DNA of 64,000 nucleotides from Myxococcota bacterium (GTDB lineage Bacteria; Myxococcota_A; UBA9160; JAFDDA01). The notes under the pieces are model-generated. The model did no database searches. It worked only from the letters and a program-made list of their open reading frames with translations, and was not told the origin of the DNA. The position numbers were made by a program, and so were the translations under genes. Shown piece after piece: positions 48,565-57,814 of this stretch. The DNA lies in NCBI GenBank assembly GCA_965228475.1, contig OZ245817.1, positions 2,464,001 to 2,528,000 of the forward strand. The letters are read 5' to 3'. Every line of letters begins with the position of its first letter. The first letter of the stretch is position 1.

Positions 48565-49754
48565 AACCCCTCGGCAGGCACGTACACGACGCGAGGCGCG
48601 CTCATGCCGATCGGAATCCCCTCTTCGGCGAGCCCCCGCACGACGAACACGTAGGCGTGCCCCGGCCGGAGCTTCCCGCGCGCCCAGGCCGAGAGCGCCG
48701 CCTCGTGGGTCTCGCCATCGACGAGGACGCCCGCCACCGGCTCGCCGGTGGGCGTCTCGAGGGCCTCGGGCGCCGCTCCGGGACCGAAGCGCTCGAAGGC
48801 GGCTCGGTCCTGGCTCGGAGTCCCGAGGTCCGCGAAGGCGGGGTGCTCCCGGTCGAAGCGCAGGTGAGGGCCGTCCGGCCGGTCGTGTTCGTAGAGCTCG
48901 AGCCGATACGCGCTCGCACCCTCGAGCGGCGCCCAGGTGAAGCGCGTCTCCTTCCCGAGCCGGCTCGCGTGGGGCGGTGCGCGCACGCCGATCACGGCCG
49001 GTGCCGCGCGACCGACGTCGCTCTCGGTGACGTAGTAGCGAAGCGTCGGTTCGACGAAGGCGAGCGCCGGCGTCTCGATCACGAGGCGCAGGAGATGGAG
49101 CCCGGTCACCTCGGTCGGAAGCCGCGGGCTCTCGATGCTCACGCGCCCGCCGCCGGTGATGTAGCGGCGCACGCGCGAGAGCACGCGGAAGACCGGCGTC
49201 CCCGCGGTCGACTCGGGCCCCGCCACCTCCCAGCGCGCGACGAGCTCTCCGTCGCCGGTGTAGACGAGGTCCGCGTAGGCCGTGATCTCGTCGAACTTCG
49301 GAACGATCCGCAGCGGCGAGCCTTCGTCGAAGCGGAGCTGGATGCGGTTCACGTCGAGGGGGCCGCCGAGACCGGAGCCGAACTCGACGATGGCGGCACA
49401 GAGTCTGGGATCGCCCGCGAGGGCCATCGGGTCTGCGTAGGCCCGAACGATGGTGATCCGCCGTGAGCCCGATTGGATCGCGCGCTGCACCGCCGCTTCG
49501 TCCAGGACGACGGTCTGGGTCACCGGCCCGGCCGGGAGCGGCCCGAAGCGCTGGATGATCCCGGCGCCGTCGGCGAGCACGGCCCCTTCGATCGATGCCG
49601 CAGGGAGGAGCCAACGGAACGTCAGCGGACGCTCCGTGCTGCGCCCGATCTGGAGCCGGACGTAGGAAGGCGTTACGCAGGTCGACTGCGCCAGCGCCTC
49701 CTCGGCTGCGCCCAGGCAGGCGAACAGGACGAGCGCGATCCGCAGCGACCGCAT
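48561..49754 (-). CDS. Secreted hypothetical protein with Ig/FN3-like beta domains
   Basis: Signal peptide ...ALA, FTWAPLEGASAYRLE, LRPGHAYVFVVRG pattern. Confidence 0.6.
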   Translation of the reverse strand: MRSLRIALVLFACLGAAEEALAQSTCVTPSYVRLQIGRSTERPLTFRWLLPAASIEGAVLADGAGIIQRFGPLPAGPVTQTVVLDEAAVQRAIQSGSRRITIVRAYADPMALAGDPRLCAAIVEFGSGLGGPLDVNRIQLRFDEGSPLRIVPKFDEITAYADLVYTGDGELVARWEVAGPESTAGTPVFRVLSRVRRYITGGGRVSIESPRLPTEVTGLHLLRLVIETPALAFVEPTLRYYVTESDVGRAAPAVIGVRAPPHASRLGKETRFTWAPLEGASAYRLELYEHDRPDGPHLRFDREHPAFADLGTPSQDRAAFERFGPGAAPEALETPTGEPVAGVLVDGETHEAALSAWARGKLRPGHAYVFVVRGLAEEGIPIGMSAPRVVYVPAEGF

Positions 49755-49786
49755 TCGGTACCTCGGGCTGGCCCTTCGGAGCTGCA

Positions 49787-51853
49787 TCAGTAGCCCCTCC
49801 CTTGCCTCGACTGGCTCGGTTGGCCCCACGTCCCCCGCGGCGACCAGACCAGCGTCACCCGACCAAAGACTTGATAAGCGTCCACGGAATTCATCCGGGT
49901 GACTTCGTCGATCGCCGCCTGGTAGAGGCCCAGCACGGCGAAGCTCAGGCCTGGGCGATTCCCCTGGGGCTGGATGGCGTGCCAGCTCGTTTCCGCCGAA
50001 GCCAGCCAGTCCCGGCGGTCCGACGTGCGGAAGGAGTTCTGCGACTGCTGCCAGTCCACGCGCAGGGTGCCGTCGAGCCGCCCGGGCAGGATCTGGTGGA
50101 AGATCGAAGCGCCCAGCCGCTTCGACGTGCTCTTGAAGGCCGGGTCGCGGAAGCGGCCGACCTCCCGGCTCCCGTTGATCTGGAGCGAGAGCCGCTCATG
50201 GATGCGCCACTGAAAGTGGCCGCTGATCGACTTGCTCGCCTGGTCCTCGAAGGGGCTCGAGGTCTCGTCGAAGCGGCGGTCCGTGTAGCTCCCGCCGATG
50301 CTCCAGCGCTCGAAGCTCGTCTGCACGGCGACGTAGAGCGTGCGCGTGGTCCGGTTGGAGACCGGAACGGGAATGATGTCGATGATGTTGAACATCCCGT
50401 CGAACACGAAGATGGGGGGCGGCTCGTTCGCGATCGGCTTCGAGCGATACCGCGACCAGCCGGCCTGGATCGTGGGGATGCCGAAGTACTTCCGCCACCA
50501 CGGGTCGTCGCGCAGGACGGGGGTATAGGAACCGTCGAAGGACCAGCTCTCGTCGCGACGGGTCGTGAGGTCTTCCTCGTCGTCGATGTTGTCCTCGAGG
50601 CGGGCATAGCTGCCGCTGAAGGCGAAGCCGGCCCAGGAGAGATCGAAGCGCGAGTTCCAGCGGTGGAGGTCCACCGGCGATCCCGGGTTCCCGAGGCTCC
50701 GGAAGAAGGGGTCGGTCTCGCTCTCCTGGTAGAAGAGACGCGCGTCGAGCGGATGCCCGAGGACCTCGACGCCGCGCAGGGGCGCCGCCTCGCCGTAGAC
50801 CTGCCAGGCGTGGCCCACGATGGAGGAGGCGCCGCCGCCTCCGTCGAAGTCGAAGCGGGAGCGCGCCCACTCGCCGCCGAGCATCAGGCCGCCGTCGAAC
50901 AATCGCACCTCGGCAGCGCCGTCCATGGCGTGGCCGTGCTCGGTGCCCGGGTCGAAACCCACACCCGCGGTGCTCACGCCGGCTTCACCGCCGGTGGCCG
51001 TGAGCCAGGTGAGCGCCAGCGACATGTCGCCGATCTCGCCGAGGGAGAAGTGGTCGGTGCCGAGCGTGGCGCCGGTCAGCCGGTTGCGGCGATCGTCGAT
51101 GCCGAAGCGCTCGCGGAAGCCCGTGATCGGCTCGGTGCGATAGATGAACCCGCTGGCGTAGGAGCCGACCGGGCCGTCCGCCCGGACCGAGATGCCGCGG
51201 CGGTGGAAGCCTTGCAGGATCAGGCTCGGCCGAGCGGCGCCGTGCTGGCCGATCTGCGCGGAGAACGGTCCGAGCCGGACGGTGCCGAGGAAGTCGGCCA
51301 GGTCCCAGTGGCGCCCGAGGCCCCGCTCCTTGCCACCGCTGTCGTAGAGGAGCGGCGCGTAGATCGACCCGCTGAGCGGACCGCGCTCGAACTCGCTGCG
51401 GACCTGGATGGCGCCCGAGCCTTCCCCACGGTCGAGCTCCGGCGGGTGGGGGATCTGGTTGTCCTGGACGCGGTAGGAACCCTGGCCGTCGACGGCCCCG
51501 GCGAGTTCGACGTAGTACGGCTTCTCGTGCACCTGGAAGACGATCGTCTGCTCGCGCACGCCGTTCGAGATCGCGACCAGAGTGTGGCTGCCGGGCTCGA
51601 GCTTCATCGGGAGCTCGATCACGCGGCGCGAGCCGTCGGCCCGGGCGAAGGCGGTGACATCGACGCCGTCCACCACGAAGACGAAGGAGGCCATGGCGTC
51701 GGCCACGTGGTCCATGACCACGACGAGCGGCTTGCCCGCTTCGATCGAGCCGCCGTCCCCGCCATCCTCGAGGAAGAGTGCGGCGGCCGGCGCTGCGGCC
51801 AGCAGGCAGGTCCCGAGCGAGAAGACGGTCGCGGCGCGAACGAGTGCCCTCAT
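49787..51853 (-). CDS. Large outer-membrane beta-barrel protein with N-terminal Ig-like domain
   Basis: Signal peptide, VVDGVDVTA...LEPGSHTL Ig-like module, many amphipathic strands ending VFGRVTLVW. Confidence 0.65.
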   Translation of the reverse strand: MRALVRAATVFSLGTCLLAAAPAAALFLEDGGDGGSIEAGKPLVVVMDHVADAMASFVFVVDGVDVTAFARADGSRRVIELPMKLEPGSHTLVAISNGVREQTIVFQVHEKPYYVELAGAVDGQGSYRVQDNQIPHPPELDRGEGSGAIQVRSEFERGPLSGSIYAPLLYDSGGKERGLGRHWDLADFLGTVRLGPFSAQIGQHGAARPSLILQGFHRRGISVRADGPVGSYASGFIYRTEPITGFRERFGIDDRRNRLTGATLGTDHFSLGEIGDMSLALTWLTATGGEAGVSTAGVGFDPGTEHGHAMDGAAEVRLFDGGLMLGGEWARSRFDFDGGGGASSIVGHAWQVYGEAAPLRGVEVLGHPLDARLFYQESETDPFFRSLGNPGSPVDLHRWNSRFDLSWAGFAFSGSYARLEDNIDDEEDLTTRRDESWSFDGSYTPVLRDDPWWRKYFGIPTIQAGWSRYRSKPIANEPPPIFVFDGMFNIIDIIPVPVSNRTTRTLYVAVQTSFERWSIGGSYTDRRFDETSSPFEDQASKSISGHFQWRIHERLSLQINGSREVGRFRDPAFKSTSKRLGASIFHQILPGRLDGTLRVDWQQSQNSFRTSDRRDWLASAETSWHAIQPQGNRPGLSFAVLGLYQAAIDEVTRMNSVDAYQVFGRVTLVWSPRGTWGQPSQSRQGRGY

Positions 51854-51989
51854 GCGGCCGCGAGTGTGAAGGTTTGCGGCCGCCGGGTCCAGCGTTCCGG
51901 CCCGGTTCGGGCCGCACGGCGCCGTGTGCGGCCAAAAACGCCCGGCGACCCCGCACCGCGCCGATCGCCGGTTGCTAGCCTCCGCCGCC

Positions 51990-52517
51990 ATGGGACGCTT
52001 CGTCTTCCTCGACCGGGACGGGACGATCATCCGCGATGCGGGATACGGCCCCGAGGTGCGTGACTGCGCCCTCCTCCCGGGCGCCGTCGAGGGGCTCTCG
52101 CGCCTGGCGGCCGCCGGCTTCGAGCTCGCCATCGTGACCAACCAGAGCGGCATCGGCCGCGGCTACTTCGACGAAGCCCACTACGCCCGTTTCCGGGACC
52201 ACCTCGAGGGGGAACTCGAACGCCTGGGCGTCCCGGTCGCCCGGACCTACCACTGCCCGCACGCGCCCGACGCGGGCTGCGATTGCCGCAAGCCCGAACC
52301 GGGCATGCTGCTGCGCGCCCGCGACGAGCTCGGGGCCGACCTCGCCGCGAGCTGGGTGGTCGGCGACAAGCCGAGCGACGTGGGCCTGGCCGAGCGCGGC
52401 GGCTGCGCGGGCGGGCTCCTCGTCGGGCGTGGCCTCGAGCCGGGCACGGTCACGGACCTCCGGGAGGCGGCGGACCGGATCCTCGGCGAGACCGGGGGGA
52501 AGCCCGGGCGCCCCTAG
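51990..52517 (+). CDS. gmhB: D-glycero-D-manno-heptose bisphosphate phosphatase
   Basis: FLDRDGT, TNQSGIGRG, CPH...CDCRKP, VGDK..D. Confidence 0.92.
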   Translation: MGRFVFLDRDGTIIRDAGYGPEVRDCALLPGAVEGLSRLAAAGFELAIVTNQSGIGRGYFDEAHYARFRDHLEGELERLGVPVARTYHCPHAPDAGCDCRKPEPGMLLRARDELGADLAASWVVGDKPSDVGLAERGGCAGGLLVGRGLEPGTVTDLREAADRILGETGGKPGRP

Positions 52518-53308
52518 CGCGCCGACCAGACCGGATGGGTCTGCGGGATCACCCGGACGTCACGCAAGGTGCCGCCGAGGCGGCGCTCGAGCGCGAGCAT
52601 GCGCTCCGCACCCGGCCGCTCCCTCACGCGCGCGGCCGGTGTCACGGGCTGCAGGACGAGCGGGATCTCCGGGTCGACGGCCGCGATCCGCCGCGCCATC
52701 TCGTCGAGCTCCGCGTCGCTCGACGCCGGCGTCACCACCGCCTTCACGTAGACCTCGGCGCCTTCGCGCGCGGTCCGAAGGAACCGCTCGTGGGCTTCGT
52801 GAAAGTCCGGAACGTCGCCGTGGCGGGGGTCGCTCGCGCGGCGGACGTCGCTCGCGAGCTTCCAGTCCATCGAGACCACGTCGACGTCGCCGATCACCCG
52901 GGCGAGCGCCGCCTCGGCGAGCCCGTGGGTCTCGAGGTAGACGCGCGCGCCGGCCGCGCGGAGCCCGCGCGCCAGGGCGCCGACCGCCTCGGGCTGGAGC
53001 AACGGCTCGCCTCCGGTGATCGAGACGAAGCGATGCTCGGCCGCCCCGAGCTTCTCGCACGCCGCGAGCAACGCGGCCACCGTGAGCGGGTTCGCGGCGG
53101 TCTCGAAGTCGCCCTCCCCGGGCGTGGCCTCGAGGCGCGCCTCCGCGGCAGGCCGCCAGGTTCCGGGCGAGTCGCACCAGGCGCAGCGCAGGTCGCACTC
53201 GCCCAGGCGCACGAAGAGCGTTCGCGTGCCGACCCAGGGCCCCTCCCCCTGGATGGAGGAGAAGACCTCGACCACGTTGACCTCGACGACGGGGTCGGCC
53301 GCAGCCAT
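52514..53308 (-). CDS. queE: 7-carboxy-7-deazaguanine synthase (radical SAM)
   Basis: EVFSSIQGEG, CDLRCAWCD, SITGGEP, LQP, IPQTH. Confidence 0.92.
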   Translation of the reverse strand: MAAADPVVEVNVVEVFSSIQGEGPWVGTRTLFVRLGECDLRCAWCDSPGTWRPAAEARLEATPGEGDFETAANPLTVAALLAACEKLGAAEHRFVSITGGEPLLQPEAVGALARGLRAAGARVYLETHGLAEAALARVIGDVDVVSMDWKLASDVRRASDPRHGDVPDFHEAHERFLRTAREGAEVYVKAVVTPASSDAELDEMARRIAAVDPEIPLVLQPVTPAARVRERPGAERMLALERRLGGTLRDVRVIPQTHPVWSAR

Positions 53309-53312
53309 GCCC

Positions 53313-56144
53313 CTAGCCTTCGAGGATCGTCCGCCCCATGCCGATCTCGGCGATCAGGGCATCGAGACGCTCCGGGTGCGCATCGAGACCGTGGACGAAG
53401 ACGCGCGCCACGTGATCGTCCGCGGCGAGCGCATCCACCCAGGCGAGCTTCTGCCCGAGGTGCTGTGCCATCGGCACCACGGCCATCGGTCGCGGCGTGA
53501 GGCCCTCGTGGGTGCCGAGGATCAGCAGACCATCGCCCTCGCGCCGGGCCAGGGAGAGATGCGCGCCGTAGCGCTCGCGCACGACCCGGCCCGTGAGGGA
53601 GAGATCGAACTCCGCCGGCACGTCGATGATCACCATCGCGTAGCCGCCGAAGTGGACGATGCGGAAGTCCCGGCTCCCGACGAACTCGACCTCGGGCGGC
53701 GGCGGCGGCATCTCCGCGCGGTCGGCCTCCTGGGCCAGCTCGCTCGGACGCCCCGTCAGCAGGGCCTGGAGCTCGTTGCGATGCTCGCCCGGGCGCGCTG
53801 CGAGGTCGCCGAGGCGCCACCACCAGAGCCGGCCCCAGCGCTGGAAGTCGTGCTCCGTGAAGCGGCCCGCCGCGAGGTCCACGAGCTTGTCCGAGAAGCG
53901 GCTGCGCCGCGAGCAGCGCGGCAGCACCAGCGGAACGCAGGACTCGAGGTTCTCCCGCACGTCGACGAAGTCCGAACCGAGGGCCTCCTTCAGCTGCGCG
54001 AGGTCTTCGGGCGGCCAGGCCTGCGTGTCGTACCACTCGATGCGGCCGGCGTAGAGCGCCGCCGCCTGGAGCGCGTCGCGCGCCGGCGAGGCCTGGAAGC
54101 CGACCACGAAGATCGTGGTGTCGTCGCGCAGGTCCGTCGCCACGCTGCGGAAGAACGTCATCAGCTCTTCCTGCGGATAGATCCAGACGCCCTCGACCTG
54201 GCGCGCCTCGCGCGCGAGCAGCATGGCCGCGGCGATCGAGTGCCGGTCCGCGTGGGCGAGCACCGCGGCGCGGCGCGGGCGGTCCTGACGCAGGGGCTCG
54301 GGCTCCTCTTCGGGCTCGGGGGCCTCCGCGAGGGCGAGATCCTCTTCGTCGACGGTGACGTCTTCGTCCTGGTCCTCGACCTCCGGGGACTCTTCGTCGG
54401 AAGGGTCGGCGTCCGCAAGGCTCGGGCGGTCGCGTCCCGGAGGACCTTCGCCGTCCTCCTCCTCGCCCTCTTCCTGCCGGCGGCCCCGGCCGCCGCGGCG
54501 GCGGCTGCGCCCGCGGCGCTTGCGGCCCGCGCTTTCTCCCTCGCCGAGGCCGAAGCTGTCGTCGAGGTCGAAGCTCGAGAGCTCGGCGAAGCGCGGGCGG
54601 TCCTCGCCGGCGTCCTCCCCGCCGTCGTCGCCGGAGTCGTCCGAGGCGTCGAGTTCCAGCGCCGCCGGCCCGTCCGGGATGTCGCCGTTCTCGGAGGCCT
54701 CCGCGTTGCGGCCTCGGCCCCCGCGGCCGCGCCCGCGGCCACGGCCTTCTCGGCGGCCGCGCCCAGCGCGGGCCGGCGCCTCGGCCTCTTCGCCTTCCTC
54801 GGCGCTCGCTTCGGCTCCGGCGTCTTCACCTTCGTCTTCTTCACCGCGCTCGCCGCGGGTCCGCCGCGGTCCACGACGGCCGCGCCCGCGGCGACGCCCC
54901 GCCCGCTCGCGGCCCTCACCGACGGCCGGCGCCGAGGCCGGAGCGCTTCCGGCGGGCACGAGTTGGGTCCCGCGAACGTCGAGCCTCACGGTCTCGAGCG
55001 TCAGCCCCTCGAGCACGCGGACCGCACCCGGCGTCATGGTCTCGGCGGCCACGACCAGGCGCGGCGCGCGGTCGAGACGAACCGGAGGCAGGGCCGAGGT
55101 CAGCAGGCCCGGAACCGAGGGCTGCAGCGCGGCCCAGGCATCGAGGATCGGACCCAGCGCGGCAACGTCGAGGGCCTTACGGACGGCCACCACGACCACC
55201 GCACCGTCCTCGCCGACGCCGACCGCATCGAGCACTTCGCCATCGCTCCCGCCGAGCGGGAAGGCGACCACGGAGCGGAGGCCACAGGCCGCCGCCAGAT
55301 TCGGGGCCACGCCGGCGCGCAGGCCGTCTTCGCTGCGCGTCACCGTGCCGTCGCGGAGCCGCTTGCGGAGCTGGCCCTCTAGCCCGTCGAGGGCGTCTGC
55401 GAGGCCCTCGGCCGTGAGCCGCTGGGGCCCCGTGCGAGCGCCGAAGGTCTCGAGCTGAACCTGGTCGTCCCGGGTGGAGAGGCGCGCCACGCGGCGCGCG
55501 ACCAGCACCAGCTCGACGCCGGCCTCGGTCCCGCGGACACCGCCGGCATGCTTGGCCGCGAGCCCGGAGAGCCCCGCCAGGGCCCGGCTGAAGAGTTCGC
55601 GCGCGGTCGGGTCGGAAAGGCCCGCGCCGACCTGCTCCGGCGGCAGCGCCTTCGGCGCCGGCGCGGCCTCGGGAGCCACGCCCGGGCCCTCGAGCAGGCG
55701 CCCGGCCTCGATGGGCCCGACCTTCACGTCGAGCTCCCCGATCAGCGCCAGGCGGCGACGCGCCGCCGCGCTCCAGCGGGAGACCACGTAGGCCACGGCG
55801 GGCTTCGCCTCCGGCGTCTCCGCCGGGGCTTCGGGTTCGGCCGCGTCGCCGTCCGTCTCGGGCGCGGCGGCGGGCGCCGGCGCGCTGCGGTGCGCCGCCA
55901 GCGCGAGCAGCGCATCGCCCGCATCCTGCGGTGAGAAGACGACGAGCACCTTCGCGCCGGACTCGTCCGCGCCCTCGCCCAGCAGCGCCAGGCTCGACGG
56001 CACGTTGTCGTCGGTGATCGTTTCGAGTGTCTCGACCGGGACCAGCCCGGCCTCGGTCAGGCGGGCCAGCCAGCCCGCGTCGATCGGCTTGCGCCCATCG
56101 TCGTCACCGCCGCTGCGGCGGCGACGTCCGAATCTGCGTTTCAT
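53313..56144 (-). CDS. Large hypothetical protein: degenerate PD-(D/E)XK-like domain, long acidic/Arg-rich disordered linker, degenerate DHH/DHHA1-like domain
   Basis: LDAVGVGEDGAVVVVAVRK; RRRGRGRRG and DDSGDDGGEDAGED tracts; AHADRHSIAAA...IEWYDTQAW. RBS GAGGGG then ATG. Confidence 0.65.
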   Translation of the reverse strand: MKRRFGRRRRSGGDDDGRKPIDAGWLARLTEAGLVPVETLETITDDNVPSSLALLGEGADESGAKVLVVFSPQDAGDALLALAAHRSAPAPAAAPETDGDAAEPEAPAETPEAKPAVAYVVSRWSAAARRRLALIGELDVKVGPIEAGRLLEGPGVAPEAAPAPKALPPEQVGAGLSDPTARELFSRALAGLSGLAAKHAGGVRGTEAGVELVLVARRVARLSTRDDQVQLETFGARTGPQRLTAEGLADALDGLEGQLRKRLRDGTVTRSEDGLRAGVAPNLAAACGLRSVVAFPLGGSDGEVLDAVGVGEDGAVVVVAVRKALDVAALGPILDAWAALQPSVPGLLTSALPPVRLDRAPRLVVAAETMTPGAVRVLEGLTLETVRLDVRGTQLVPAGSAPASAPAVGEGRERAGRRRGRGRRGPRRTRGERGEEDEGEDAGAEASAEEGEEAEAPARAGRGRREGRGRGRGRGGRGRNAEASENGDIPDGPAALELDASDDSGDDGGEDAGEDRPRFAELSSFDLDDSFGLGEGESAGRKRRGRSRRRGGRGRRQEEGEEEDGEGPPGRDRPSLADADPSDEESPEVEDQDEDVTVDEEDLALAEAPEPEEEPEPLRQDRPRRAAVLAHADRHSIAAAMLLAREARQVEGVWIYPQEELMTFFRSVATDLRDDTTIFVVGFQASPARDALQAAALYAGRIEWYDTQAWPPEDLAQLKEALGSDFVDVRENLESCVPLVLPRCSRRSRFSDKLVDLAAGRFTEHDFQRWGRLWWWRLGDLAARPGEHRNELQALLTGRPSELAQEADRAEMPPPPPEVEFVGSRDFRIVHFGGYAMVIIDVPAEFDLSLTGRVVRERYGAHLSLARREGDGLLILGTHEGLTPRPMAVVPMAQHLGQKLAWVDALAADDHVARVFVHGLDAHPERLDALIAEIGMGRTILEG

Positions 56145-56190
56145 CGTTTCCCCTCAGGAGAGCATTCATCCGGTGGGATGCGCGTTGGCT

Positions 56191-56252
56191 AGGGCACGTT
56201 GCCTTCGTGCCCTCGGGCACGTCGCCGTGCCCCCGTGGCACGCTGCCGTGCC
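56191..56252. repeat. Three tandem GGCACG-loop-CGTGCC hairpins in the intergenic region
   Basis: AGGGCACG-ttgcctt-CGTGCCCT, GGGCACG-tcgc-CGTGCCC, GGCACG-ctgc-CGTGCC. Confidence 0.85.
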
Positions 56253-56263
56253 GACCGCCCGCG

Positions 56264-57457
56264 TCAGGGCTTCACCACCAGAGACTCGCTCTCGGTTTCC
56301 GAATCTTCGTTTCCTGCTGCGCGGGTTTCTGCGTCCGCCTGCAGCAGCGGGGCGAGCAGCCGGCCGAGCAGCGCTCGGGCCACCGGGTTGCTCCCCGCCT
56401 CTTGTTCGCGAAAGGCGCGCGCCCCCGCCAGACAAGCCCGGGCGACTTCTTCCTCGCCCGTCTTCCAGAACACATAGGCCGATTCCGCGAATCGCGCAGC
56501 CGTGAGCGCGGAAAACCCTTCATCGTAGGCCGCTTCCGACGCTTCCCGCAGAATCTCCTCGAACCGCTCCTGCCGGGCCGGGCCGCTCACGACGATCTTC
56601 GACTCCCGGACCTCTTCGAGGGCATCGATGGCCGGCTTCAGCCGCTCGGGCGGCGGCGGCCAGGGGCCGAGACGCCCGGTCTCGATGAAGCCGAGCAGCC
56701 GGCTGCGATCCTCGCCATCCGGCTCGGGCAGCTCTGCTTCCGCGACGGCTCCGGGCGCCGCCGTGCCTTCCGGCGCTCCGGTGATCTGGCCGCGCCATTC
56801 GCCGAAGGCCCGGGGCAGCGCGCGGTCGGTGGGCTGGGCCTTCGCCGCGTGCCCGACGAGCCAGCGGGCCTGGTCGGGCGAAACCGGGACCCCGGCGCCG
56901 GCGCCCTCCTTCGTCGCATCGCGCAGGAAGCGGCGCGCCTTGCCGCGCGTCGCCCGGTAGACGTCGCAGCGCCGGATCCCGAGCTGATCGTCGATCACGA
57001 GTTCGAAGATCCGGGCGCCGCCCGCCGGGTTGGTGCCGACGATGACGACCGAGCGCGACCCGCCCGCGTCGAGCGGCGAGACGAAGGCCCCTTCGACGCC
57101 CTCTTCCAACTCCGGGAGCGTGGCGACGCGCGGCGCGGCCGGCGCGTCTTCGAGCTTCACGCCGCGGCTGCGGAGCCGATGGCGAACGCGGCGGAGCGCC
57201 TTCTTCCCGGCCTTGGTGAGCTCCTCCTCACGCAGGCCGCCCACGGCCGCGAGGCCCGCTTCCTGCTCGGCCCACTCGGCCGCGAGCTCACAGCCGTCCT
57301 CGGGAACCTCGGAGAGCATCCAGACGAGGACGCTGTGGATCTGCTTCTCGTCGAGTCCGGCGAGCACGCGGTCCGGGTCTCCGTTCGCGGGCCGGATCAC
57401 GTCCTCGAGTTCGGGCAGCGCCTCGGCGGCGCGGTCGAGCGCGTCCGCCAGGCTCAT
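56264..57457 (-). CDS. Hypothetical protein
   Basis: ATGA-coupled to cutA, host-like codon usage, helical, KKALRRVRHRLRSRGV. Confidence 0.75.
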   Translation of the reverse strand: MSLADALDRAAEALPELEDVIRPANGDPDRVLAGLDEKQIHSVLVWMLSEVPEDGCELAAEWAEQEAGLAAVGGLREEELTKAGKKALRRVRHRLRSRGVKLEDAPAAPRVATLPELEEGVEGAFVSPLDAGGSRSVVIVGTNPAGGARIFELVIDDQLGIRRCDVYRATRGKARRFLRDATKEGAGAGVPVSPDQARWLVGHAAKAQPTDRALPRAFGEWRGQITGAPEGTAAPGAVAEAELPEPDGEDRSRLLGFIETGRLGPWPPPPERLKPAIDALEEVRESKIVVSGPARQERFEEILREASEAAYDEGFSALTAARFAESAYVFWKTGEEEVARACLAGARAFREQEAGSNPVARALLGRLLAPLLQADAETRAAGNEDSETESESLVVKP

Positions 57458-57792
57458 CGGCCGGACTCCGCACAGACCCACTCGAGGTAGGGAACGCTGC
57501 CTCCCGCGGCGGGCAGGGCCAGCACCTCGGGCAGGTCGTAGGGATGGAGCGCGCGGACGCGCTCGCACAAACTTTCCATGCACTCCTCGGTCGTCTTGAT
57601 CACGAGCAGGACCTCCGCATCGTCCTGCACCGCGCCTTCGTAGCGATAGATCGAACGGACCCGCGGGACGACGTTCACGCACGCGGCGAGCCGCTCGGTG
57701 ACGATCGTCCGAGCCAGATCCGCCGCGACCGCCTCTTCGGGGGCCGTCACCAGCACGACCCGAATCCGTCCGGCCAGCGCCGCCTCGGTCAC
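57454..57792 (-). CDS. cutA: Divalent-cation tolerance protein CutA
   Basis: LAACVN, SIYRY, IKT, HPYDLPE, YLEW. Confidence 0.95.
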   Translation of the reverse strand: MTEAALAGRIRVVLVTAPEEAVAADLARTIVTERLAACVNVVPRVRSIYRYEGAVQDDAEVLLVIKTTEECMESLCERVRALHPYDLPEVLALPAAGGSVPYLEWVCAESGR

Positions 57793-57814
57793 GCCGCAGC
57801 CTCTCGGGCCCGGC

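Noticed and set aside
52514..53308. queE as part of a 7-deazaguanine DNA-modification island
   Set aside because: No dpdA, queC, queD or folE nearby, host-like composition; ordinary queuosine pathway more likely
56191..56252. Mini CRISPR array
   Set aside because: Units separated by only 1-4 nt, no spacers, no cas genes
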